Source of the DNA: an uncultured Actinomycetota bacterium
GTDB taxonomy: Bacteria > Actinomycetota > Humimicrobiia > Humimicrobiales > Humimicrobiaceae
Direction: 5' to 3'
Length of the DNA: 64,000 nucleotides
NCBI GenBank assembly: GCA_964601205.1
Contig: CAZRML010000036.1
Span: 69,985-133,984, forward strand
Shown: positions 50,235 through 58,517 of the stretch, in pieces
Numbering within the stretch: the first letter of the stretch is position 1
How the letters are laid out: the number at the start of each line of letters is the position of its first letter
The notes under the pieces: generated by a model
Told to the model about the DNA's origin: nothing
Seen by the model: only the letters and a program-made list of their open reading frames with translations
Databases searched by the model: none
Program-made: the position numbers and the translations under genes

Positions 50235-51647
50235 TTATTCCAAATATGATTCCCACGTTGAATAGAATAAATCCTCAAGCTGGTTGAGTGTTTCTTCTTC
50301 ATCAATTTTATTACTAAAGTAGTTTTCAAAAATCGGTATACTTCCATTCTCTATTTCACTCATATTTGGTTCTACATATCTTACCGACCTGCTGGCCATA
50401 TCCAATGAAATCGGTATATAGGGGTACTCGGTAACATATTCCTCATCATTTGCAAGTGCTAATCTTACCGGGCAGAACCCATCATGCTCGTTTCTCCACT
50501 TCTGTATTGGAATAGATGAATAGAACAGGCAAAAAGCTAACGCATTATCCAGGTTTTCAGCACCATCTCTAATTACATACCCCATATCACCTGTAACACA
50601 ATAGCTTTCATTATCTCCATCTACAGGTACTTCGGCCCAACCTATCTTATCCGAATTTTCCGGGAAGTTATTTAAAATATCAGCATAAACCCATCCCATA
50701 TAATTCCAGGATAGACCTACACCGCCTGCTGAAAATGAAGACCTTGACTGTCCAGGGTCACCGGCTGCCATAACGGGATCAGAAAAATCACTGGCATAAA
50801 GTGCTTTTTCTACCTGCAGAGCTCTTATACCGTATTCATCATTAAACAATGCTTCGGGGTTACTTGGATCCTCGTTCCAGTATTCGCCGCCCACATTCTT
50901 TAATAATGCATAAAATACAGGATTCCAGCTCTGACCGGGTTGTGACACTCCTGTAAAACCATAAGTTTCAGGTAACCCGTCATTATCTTCATCTACGGTA
51001 CAATCCGCTGCACACTGGAGAAAATCATTAATCTGTTTTGGTGGTGTATCATAACCTGCTTTTGATAGTATTTCCGTATTATACTGGATACCCCATATTC
51101 CAACAAAGAAAGGAACACCAAACCACTTGTCCCCGGAGCCAACAGCCTTGTGAATGCCCGGTACTATATCATCTTTTAATTCCTGTGGAATCATATCGGT
51201 TACATCCATTAGATAATCCTTAAACTGGTTTGTCCATGCCCCCCAGCTCCACATAAGATCAAAATCTGCAGTTCCGGTTTCGAGTTCCATAGCTATTTTT
51301 GATGCATACTCTGCATATGGAATCGCTACCCAATTAACTTCTACTTCAGGATACGCATCTAAAAACATCGATGTAACGCTTTCTTCCAGAGCCATTTCAT
51401 CTTTATAAGAATAAATATTTAACTGTCCGGATGGTTTAAGCCCTGCTTTCTCAATCCAGTAAGTTGCAGTTTCCACCGCTTCTTCTACTTCTTCAGCTTC
51501 TTCTGCTACTTCCTCTGCTTCTTCTGCTACTTCTTCTGCTACTTCCTCAGCTTTTGCGCAACCCATTGGTAAAATAGCCATTGAAATTGTAAAAACTACA
51601 ATAGCTACCCATGCAATTGACTTAACTTTAGAAATCATCTTACACAA
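50235..51647 (-). CDS. ABC transporter extracellular solute-binding lipoprotein (family 1) with acidic AEEV repeat linker
   Basis: Signal peptide with lipobox (MGC). Low-complexity AEEVAEEVAEEAEEV tether. SBP_bac_1 fold. Confidence 0.8.
   Translation of the reverse strand: MCKMISKVKSIAWVAIVVFTISMAILPMGCAKAEEVAEEVAEEAEEVAEEAEEVEEAVETATYWIEKAGLKPSGQLNIYSYKDEMALEESVTSMFLDAYPEVEVNWVAIPYAEYASKIAMELETGTADFDLMWSWGAWTNQFKDYLMDVTDMIPQELKDDIVPGIHKAVGSGDKWFGVPFFVGIWGIQYNTEILSKAGYDTPPKQINDFLQCAADCTVDEDNDGLPETYGFTGVSQPGQSWNPVFYALLKNVGGEYWNEDPSNPEALFNDEYGIRALQVEKALYASDFSDPVMAAGDPGQSRSSFSAGGVGLSWNYMGWVYADILNNFPENSDKIGWAEVPVDGDNESYCVTGDMGYVIRDGAENLDNALAFCLFYSSIPIQKWRNEHDGFCPVRLALANDEEYVTEYPYIPISLDMASRSVRYVEPNMSEIENGSIPIFENYFSNKIDEEETLNQLEDLFYSTWESYLE
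51476..51552. repeat. in-frame tandem repeat (12-nt GCTTCTTCTGCTAC-type units) encoding (A/E)EEV acidic linker of the SBP
   Basis: Directly visible repeated gcttcttctgctacttc units. Encodes the low-complexity linker after the lipobox. Confidence 0.7.
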
Positions 51648-51851
51648 TCTCCTTTCACACTTTAAAATAGTGCTGAGTCTTCAATCTGATAATCTTTTTT
51701 ACTATAATTATCACCTCCTAATATCTCTAAAAAGATTTATAAAATTTTTCACCTCCTGCTTTATTTTTTTTTATCCAAATTACATACAAAATAACTTTTT
51801 AATATCCATCAATTCGTTAGAGCTTTTACAAATAATTAATACAAATATATT

Positions 51852-53048
51852 TTAATAACCATTGAAATCGTAAATACAGCAAGAATCTTTTACCAGCTCA
51901 GCTATATCTCTTACCTCTATATCATAACCCCTGCTATCCATAGCCCCCTTTAGCATTTGCAGACATAGAGGACAGGCCACTGCAACTACGTCAACGTCTA
52001 ATTCCTTGATCTGGTCTGCCCTGGCCAGATCCATTTTTACATTGGGAAGATCCATCCATAGAACAGGCCCTCCACCTCCGCAGCAATATGAATTTCCTCT
52101 TGACAGCTCAAGTTCAACCAGTTCAACTCCTGGAATGCTTTTCAATATTTCCCTGGGTTCCTCATAAATATTATTACGTCTCCCCAGATAACATGAATCA
52201 TGGTATGTAATTTTTTTATTTATCTTCTTACCAATTTTAATTATTTTTGAATTTATTAGTTCCCAGAGTACCTGGGTATAATGTTTAACCTCTATATTTT
52301 CCAGACCTTCATAATAGTTTAAGAAAATGTCATAATCGTGAGGAGAAAAGCAAATTATCTTCTTAATTTTATACTTTTTAAAAATCTCCAGATTATGTTC
52401 AACCATTTCTTCATATATTCCTTCATCTCCCAGCATCATAGCCTGGGAACCGCTATCCATTTCCTGGCTACCAAGCATGCGAAATTTTACTCCTGCTCTT
52501 TTCAAAATATCTATTACAGCTTCTGCAGCAACTCTTGCATCTTCATCATAGGGGACAAACGACCCAACATATAGAAGAGTTTCAGCTTCTTCATCCTTAA
52601 TACCCATCTTATTAACCCAGTCATCTTTAACTTTTGGCAGACCACCATAAGGATTTCCGAACTTCATGATATTGCTCAGGACATCCCTTATTCTTGGATC
52701 AATGTTTCCGTTTTCTACTTTCATTGCCCTCAAAATTTCTGTAGTAGTTGCTCCGCTTACAACGTTCTTCCGGGTTTTTTTGGTAAGAAATACATTTTCA
52801 CCACAATACCATTCACATGCTCTACAGCCACTGCAGGCATAAAGTATTTCGTCAGGTATGTCAGAAATATTATATTCACCCTTTAATACTCCGAGCGCTA
52901 CCTGCGCAATGCCTCTTGGTGAAACAGACCCGATTTGTAACTGATTGTATGCCGGGCAATCCTTATTGCACAATCCGCAAGAGCAGCTCAAACAATTCTC
53001 TAGCGCTTTACCATAATCCTTTAACGTAACTATATTGTGTTTATCCAT
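51852..53048 (-). CDS. Fe-S oxidoreductase, GlcF/HdrD-like (2x[4Fe-4S] ferredoxin + two CCG domains)
   Basis: CLSCSCGLCNKDCP and CSGCRACEWYC cluster motifs. C-terminal CCG domains (SYCCGGGG, CPLC). Confidence 0.8.
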   Translation of the reverse strand: MDKHNIVTLKDYGKALENCLSCSCGLCNKDCPAYNQLQIGSVSPRGIAQVALGVLKGEYNISDIPDEILYACSGCRACEWYCGENVFLTKKTRKNVVSGATTTEILRAMKVENGNIDPRIRDVLSNIMKFGNPYGGLPKVKDDWVNKMGIKDEEAETLLYVGSFVPYDEDARVAAEAVIDILKRAGVKFRMLGSQEMDSGSQAMMLGDEGIYEEMVEHNLEIFKKYKIKKIICFSPHDYDIFLNYYEGLENIEVKHYTQVLWELINSKIIKIGKKINKKITYHDSCYLGRRNNIYEEPREILKSIPGVELVELELSRGNSYCCGGGGPVLWMDLPNVKMDLARADQIKELDVDVVAVACPLCLQMLKGAMDSRGYDIEVRDIAELVKDSCCIYDFNGY

Positions 53049-53061
53049 AACCTAAAACTCC

Positions 53062-54585
53062 TTAAAATATTATTTTTGGATTCATTATGTTTTTTGGATC
53101 AATTGACTTTTTTATTTTCTTCATCAATTTATAAGCATTTTTACCCATATTCCTTTCCATAATCTCTACTTCCAGATCCCTTGGTATCCACGCATGGGTA
53201 GTAGCTATTGCTCCATCACACTCAAATATTAATTCAACATATTTTTTATACCAATCAAGAAATTCCCCCCTGAACTTCTTATTCATATTTTTTCTATAAA
53301 CATGTATTGTAGCCCAGGTTTTATTAAAGCCTAAAACTCCTGGTAAAACTCTTCCAATATCTCTGGCAATTGTGCAATTTGCTAGATTAGGATATATCTC
53401 TTTATTTTCCATGTCATAGCAATGTTTCCTAAATTTAGCATGCCATTCTATGAGTCTGCTATCAGGAATGTTTGGATCTAAAAATATTGGCTTAGCAGAA
53501 TAACCATCTGCATTAATATGCTTGCTGAATACATCCGTAGCGATACCTAAACTTACATTTACCTTCTTATAAAGCCCTTTCCATTCTCTTGAATGTGCAT
53601 CCCACCAATTAGTAATTTCTGTCACTTCCGGGGCACAAAATCCATTATGTTTTTTTATAATATCCTCAGCAATATTCTTCATGCCATCAACTTCATACTG
53701 TAAACCATAAATAGAATAATGGACCACCATAGCTATTTCTTTCGGCCAGGGTTTCCCAATAGTTTGTTCGGAATATGATTCTTCATCTACTGAACACGAA
53801 ACCCTCCATAAATTATTTGAATATTTGCTCCTTTTTAATTCTAAATAAGCTTCTAGCCCTTCTTTAAAAGTTCCAAAGGCAGCTTCCCCATAGTGCTCTG
53901 CCGGAGGATAGTCTGTGAATCTTTCAGTTACTTTGGTAATAATACCCAATGTTCCTCTTGAACCAATAAACAAATTCATTAAATCCCATCCTGTCGATGA
54001 TTTTGTAGGTTTATTCGATCCCCTTCCTACATCAATTACGCTTCCATCAGGTAATACCACTTCAATTTTATAAATATTATTACCAGCAGGACCCCATCTA
54101 TTTTCCCAATAACCATATCCATTAACTGCAGGGCGAGAACCCAGGGTACATATTTCTTCTGATCCGGGGTAATCTGTGGGCATATACCCCCTCTTTATTA
54201 AATAACTAATCAGCTCCATCATATTTACCCCTGCTTCTCCAGTGATTCTATAGTCCTCCTCATTCAGCTCCAGAATTTTATTCATTTTTTTTGTTTCAAT
54301 AACTATGCCTCCGCGCATGCCTTCTGCACCATAAGTCCCAGATCTACCCCCTGAAGGGACTAATGGGATCCCATTTTTATCCGCAAATTTAACTATTTTT
54401 TGTACGTCTTCAGTACTAGTGGGAGTAACTACTGCATCAGGTAAAAATATTTCTAGATAATCTTCATGTAACAAACACTCAGGTCCATGTGTAACCGTAT
54501 AGCACATCCTGGTAGGCTTATCAGTAAATACATTCAAATCTCCTATAGCTTTCCTAAGCTCACTTATTTCCTTTTCTGAAACCAT
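53062..54585 (-). CDS. FAD-linked oxidase, GlcD/AGPS-like
   Basis: PCMH-type FAD-binding domain. Extended C-terminal substrate domain. AGGAAGGAGAG Shine-Dalgarno. Paired with the CCG Fe-S protein. Confidence 0.75.
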   Translation of the reverse strand: MVSEKEISELRKAIGDLNVFTDKPTRMCYTVTHGPECLLHEDYLEIFLPDAVVTPTSTEDVQKIVKFADKNGIPLVPSGGRSGTYGAEGMRGGIVIETKKMNKILELNEEDYRITGEAGVNMMELISYLIKRGYMPTDYPGSEEICTLGSRPAVNGYGYWENRWGPAGNNIYKIEVVLPDGSVIDVGRGSNKPTKSSTGWDLMNLFIGSRGTLGIITKVTERFTDYPPAEHYGEAAFGTFKEGLEAYLELKRSKYSNNLWRVSCSVDEESYSEQTIGKPWPKEIAMVVHYSIYGLQYEVDGMKNIAEDIIKKHNGFCAPEVTEITNWWDAHSREWKGLYKKVNVSLGIATDVFSKHINADGYSAKPIFLDPNIPDSRLIEWHAKFRKHCYDMENKEIYPNLANCTIARDIGRVLPGVLGFNKTWATIHVYRKNMNKKFRGEFLDWYKKYVELIFECDGAIATTHAWIPRDLEVEIMERNMGKNAYKLMKKIKKSIDPKNIMNPKIIF

Positions 54586-54753
54586 TGCTCTCCTTCCTAT
54601 TAATAAATTTCCCAGAACACTTTTAAAAAATAATTACCCTACTATTTAAATATTTATTACATTCCTAACAAAAAAATTTTTTTTAAAAACTAAATATGCT
54701 AATCCCCGGTAGAGAAATTATATCATACGTATTTTAGAGAGATTTAACCTGTT

Positions 54754-55017
54754 TTAACCATTCAATTTAAGATAATTTAGAGATCTCGTCACCTCCAAAA
54801 AAATAGCCAGCGATTTATAGTCGGAATTAACTTTATGGTGCCTACCATTCATCTCTATTAAATCTACAGTAGCTTTCTTTTCTATAGTAGAGCTTAATTT
54901 GTTTTCTTTTTTCATCTCATACATTGAATTGTGGCTATTTACCTTTCTAAGAACGATCCCGGGAATAATAGATTTATTTAATTCCTGAATTAATTTTACG
55001 TCTCTAATTCTCAACAT
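54754..55017 (-). pseudogene. decayed 5' fragment of ROK-family regulator gene (helix-turn-helix-only 87-aa ORF), probable remnant of a partial duplication
   Basis: N-terminus MLRIRDVKLIQELNKSII parallels [18 protein letters not shown] of the ROK regulator at 39052. The helix-turn-helix region is similar but diverged, and the ROK domain is absent. Preceded by conserved element copy B. Confidence 0.5.
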
Positions 55018-55023
55018 AAATTT

Positions 55024-55116
55024 ATATTATTATTTTAAGATACTTACTTTCTCCAGTGACTTTATTAAGTTACTACATAATATATTAACCTTTACTTATT
55101 GTCAATAGCATTTTAT
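55024..55116 (-). promoter_or_regulatory. conserved ~93-bp promoter/operator element, copy B
   Basis: About 93% identical to 39066-39158. Same TTGACA-N17-TATTAT and downstream dyad. Confidence 0.6.
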
Positions 55117-55418
55117 TTTTGCATTCAAAATTGAGTTTTTCTGCTCCTGTTTTCTGTCAAAACCCGATTTTATCTTAACCCTGCTATCCTCATCTATCTT
55201 AAATTTGTTTATTAATAGAAAATTAAAAACCGAAAGTGCCCTGTTAATTCATTCCCAGGGTACATTATCATTAAGACATATGCTTACATAATAAAACTAA
55301 GAACGGTGATAAATTAAAAAAGACCCGAAAATTTTTATCTTTATAATTACCACGACCCTAGCTAAATTTACATATTATTACTTTTATTAATGTTTATTTA
55401 TTGTAATTTTCTCTCTAT

Positions 55419-55427
55419 GATATAATG
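55419..55427 (+). promoter_or_regulatory. extended -10 promoter TGATATAAT, 11 bp upstream of ATG (predicts near-leaderless transcript)
   Basis: TGnTATAAT motif read directly. The ATG of the small membrane-protein ORF is at 55438. Confidence 0.4.
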
Positions 55428-55437
55428 CAATAAAATA

Positions 55438-55674
55438 ATGCCTTTAGAACTGGATTCTTACCCTGCCACTTCTGTTGCATTTTTTTTATTTTCTTTCTTT
55501 GCCTGGATTTATGAAGGATATCTCTGGTGGCTTATTTTTGGTATACTTATTACTATAATATACAGTATCAAAAGTTATGGTCTGCTGAAATCATATTATA
55601 CAGAAAACAGAAGAGACGTAAGTCCGGTAATTAAAAAAAATTTAAACCATTTTTTAAAGGAATGTAAAACATGA
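55438..55674 (+). CDS. small two-TM membrane protein, hypothetical
   Basis: 78 aa with two hydrophobic helices (W/F-rich). Its stop overlaps the nrdR start (ATGA). Confidence 0.45.
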   Translation: MPLELDSYPATSVAFFLFSFFAWIYEGYLWWLIFGILITIIYSIKSYGLLKSYYTENRRDVSPVIKKNLNHFLKECKT

Positions 55675-56126
55675 AATGTCCATTTTGCTCAAACCCTGAT
55701 ACCAGAGTCATAGACTCCAGACTAACAGAGTCAAACGACTGTGTTAGAAGGAGAAGGTTATGTGAAAAATGCGGTAAAAGGTTTACAACTTATGAAAGAT
55801 TTGAGAATGAGCCCATCGCAGTCATAAAAAAAGATAATACAAGAGAACCCTTTGACAGAAATAAAATACTGAGCGGCCTTATCAGAGCCTGCATTAAAAG
55901 AAATATAAGCACTGAAATTCTAAATAATATAGTGGATGACATAGAAAATGAAATCTCAAACATGCCCTCAAATGAAATACACTCAAGGGAAATAGGTAAC
56001 CTTGTCTTAAAGAGATTAAAAAAACTGGACAAAGTCGCCTACATAAGATTCGCTTCTGTTTATAAGCAATTTAACGATATAAAACAATTTACCCGGGAAC
56101 TCTCTGAATTGAAAAAAACTAAATAA
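55671..56126 (+). CDS. nrdR: transcriptional repressor NrdR
   Basis: N-terminal zinc ribbon MKCPFC...CEKCGKRFTTYE followed by an ATP-cone. Confidence 0.9.
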   Translation: MKCPFCSNPDTRVIDSRLTESNDCVRRRRLCEKCGKRFTTYERFENEPIAVIKKDNTREPFDRNKILSGLIRACIKRNISTEILNNIVDDIENEISNMPSNEIHSREIGNLVLKRLKKLDKVAYIRFASVYKQFNDIKQFTRELSELKKTK

Positions 56127-56230
56127 TGCACAGGTATTATTAGCCTGTTTTATTTAAAAGGGTCCATCCCCGGGGCCGGAACTGCATCTCCCATATCTCT
56201 ATCACACAGTCTGTAAATTATTATATCATC

Positions 56231-57397
56231 CTAAAGCTTATATCTTAATACAGCTCCGATGCTCCCTGCTTTTGTTAATCTATCATTTCCTTCAATATCA
56301 ACTATTTCGCAACCCTGACTTAAGGCATCCTCAACAATTCCATCAACCACATCATTATAAAAGATGAGCTTTCCATCACAATAGGGACATTTCTTCTTAT
56401 CCTCTATTGTTATATAACCACAATCACTGCAAATATAACCACTGTGAGTAAAGTGCCTGTCATATATCAGGGTTTTTATTTGCTCTATCAATAAAGATTT
56501 TATTGTGGCATCAATTCCCAGAACGCCCATTCCATTGGGATTAAACTCATCAAACAAACTGTTTATAAGATTATTTTTAACTTCTGACTCAAATTTATCA
56601 ATAACCTCTTTTGCTTTTTCTGCTATCAATGAAACATTCGAATCCGGTTCCGCATCAATGTTTCCTATAAGTACGGATTTAAGGTAACTATGCATTAAGT
56701 TTCTAAATTTGGGAATTACTTCTTTTCTACCTGATAATATAATGTAATCAAACTTTTTTCCCTTATAAAGCTCCAGAGTTTTATCATTTATCAGTTTAAA
56801 AAAATGATTTAGCTTTTCTTCCAGCCTTCCGAGTATTTTCTTCTCCCTCAACGCAGCCTGGCTCCTGAAATTGACCTTCGATGGCACATCACTTATAAAT
56901 GCACCCAGGTATTCATTAACTTCACCAAGATAAATAGAATATATCTGAGCTTTCTCTCTATCAACCATAAGTACCCCGTATTTTTTAGAATTATTAATCA
57001 AATTTCTAATATTCTGGGTGTAGGGACTCGGGTCAATTATAATTTTTGACTTCATTATTATAGGCAGGCTGAACTCTTCCCACAGACCATCACCAGAGCA
57101 AAAAATTGCCAGGGTTCTCGTTGAACCAGCCCTGAACTTATCGTTCACAAATGATTTTATTTTCTCGAAAATCTCATATATCTCCTTTTTATCATTTCTA
57201 TCAACATTAGTATCAGCCTCCAGCTTCTCCCTGGCGCTCACGATCATGGAGTTTAATTTTGTCTGATAATTTTTTTTAGAAGTCCTGGAACCATCAACCA
57301 TTAAATAAATGCTCACCACCGGTTTACCACCGGGAGCATAATTTAATATTTTTTTAAAACCCGAACTTTTTACTTCCTGATGTAACATAAAAACCAA
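56231..57397 (-). CDS. bacterial eRF1/Pelota-family protein lacking GGQ, with zinc-ribbon insert in domain 3
   Basis: C-terminal third aligns to eRF1/Pelota domain 3 (GIDATIKSLLIEQIKTLIY ... KAGSIGAVLRY, compare GFGGIGGILRY). The middle region aligns to domain 2, with GGQ replaced by RSQ (FRSQAALREKK versus GRGGQSALRFARLR). A CSDCG...CPYCDG ribbon is inserted. Confidence 0.6.
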   Translation of the reverse strand: MVFMLHQEVKSSGFKKILNYAPGGKPVVSIYLMVDGSRTSKKNYQTKLNSMIVSAREKLEADTNVDRNDKKEIYEIFEKIKSFVNDKFRAGSTRTLAIFCSGDGLWEEFSLPIIMKSKIIIDPSPYTQNIRNLINNSKKYGVLMVDREKAQIYSIYLGEVNEYLGAFISDVPSKVNFRSQAALREKKILGRLEEKLNHFFKLINDKTLELYKGKKFDYIILSGRKEVIPKFRNLMHSYLKSVLIGNIDAEPDSNVSLIAEKAKEVIDKFESEVKNNLINSLFDEFNPNGMGVLGIDATIKSLLIEQIKTLIYDRHFTHSGYICSDCGYITIEDKKKCPYCDGKLIFYNDVVDGIVEDALSQGCEIVDIEGNDRLTKAGSIGAVLRYKL

Positions 57398-57536
57398 CTT
57401 TCTATTAATTTATGATATCATCAGATATCTTTTTAGAATAAAATATATGTTCTTTTTTATTATTATCTCATAAACTTCCATTTATAACTAAAATTTATTA
57501 TCATTATACAATATCAATTCAAGAAAGAGAGCAATT

Positions 57537-58391
57537 GTGTTTGGTTATATAGGATATAAGATCCTTGAATTTATTGTTATTTTAACTCCTTACCCCATAA
57601 CATATTTTATTGCAGAATTTGGTGCCAGACTGTGGTTTTCAACAGGCAGCAATGTAAAAACTATAAAAACAAATATATCTAAAGTTCTTGATATTGATTT
57701 AAACAGCCCGCAGGTGCACAAAATTGCACTCAGGGTTTTTATAAACTGGGCAAAAAACATTGGTGACTTTCTTAAACACTCTATCATCACGGCTGAAGAA
57801 TTAAAAAGAAGAATAGAAATCAAAGGTCTGGATAACCTGGATAATGCCTTAAAAAAAGGAAAGGGCGTGGTCATATTTACAGCCCATATCGGAAATTTTG
57901 AGTGGGGTGCGTGCAGACTTGCTGTCGAAGGATATAAGATATGGGGTGTCAGTATCTACAGGGAGAACAACCTCACCAGAAAATTTTTTGAAAAAAAAAG
58001 ATTATCCAAAGGGCTTAAGACCCTTTACATAAATAAAATTTTAAATATTTTTAGAATACTAAAAAACAATGAAATAATAGCCATACCCTCCGACTGGGAC
58101 CCCACCGGCCAGGCCGCCAGGCCCTTTAAATTCTTTGGGAAAACTGCTTACTTTCCTACAGGTGCAGTGCAGATTGCACTAAGATCCGGCGCACAGTTAT
58201 TACCGAGTTTTATCTGGAGAAAAGATAAATACAGTCATTTTCAGATAATCGGCAGTCCGATAAAATTAACACAGAAAGGAAACAGGGAAACACTCATTAA
58301 CAAAAACACCGAGAAAACCCTAAAAGTCATGGAAAAATATGTACACAGCCACATTTCAGAATGGGAAATGTTTCATAACATATGGGAATAA
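57537..58391 (+). CDS. LpxL/HtrB-family lipid A biosynthesis (lauroyl/myristoyl) acyltransferase-like protein
   Basis: HIGNFE (HX4E) motif. Size and N-terminal TM anchor typical of LpxL/LpxM. GTG start. Confidence 0.65.
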   Translation: MFGYIGYKILEFIVILTPYPITYFIAEFGARLWFSTGSNVKTIKTNISKVLDIDLNSPQVHKIALRVFINWAKNIGDFLKHSIITAEELKRRIEIKGLDNLDNALKKGKGVVIFTAHIGNFEWGACRLAVEGYKIWGVSIYRENNLTRKFFEKKRLSKGLKTLYINKILNIFRILKNNEIIAIPSDWDPTGQAARPFKFFGKTAYFPTGAVQIALRSGAQLLPSFIWRKDKYSHFQIIGSPIKLTQKGNRETLINKNTEKTLKVMEKYVHSHISEWEMFHNIWE

Positions 58392-58517
58392 CAGGTCCGG
58401 AAATTCAGGTATATAAAGGAAATTTATTTATTTGCAATTTACTATTGAGTATATGTATACTTTAATATTATAACACTTACAGCCATCATATTTTTTATAC
58501 AGTTAATAACAATTAAA

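Noticed and set aside
51476-51552. Tandem 12-nt repeats considered as a possible CRISPR or minisatellite
   Set aside because: Units are too short and in-frame within the SBP gene. They encode an acidic (A/E)EEV linker, with no spacer structure.
51700-51770. Two AGGAGGTGA Shine-Dalgarno-like 9-mers in the SBP leader without start codons
   Set aside because: Only 9-nt identity. No downstream ATG/GTG. Likely chance or a standby site. Insufficient evidence for a feature.
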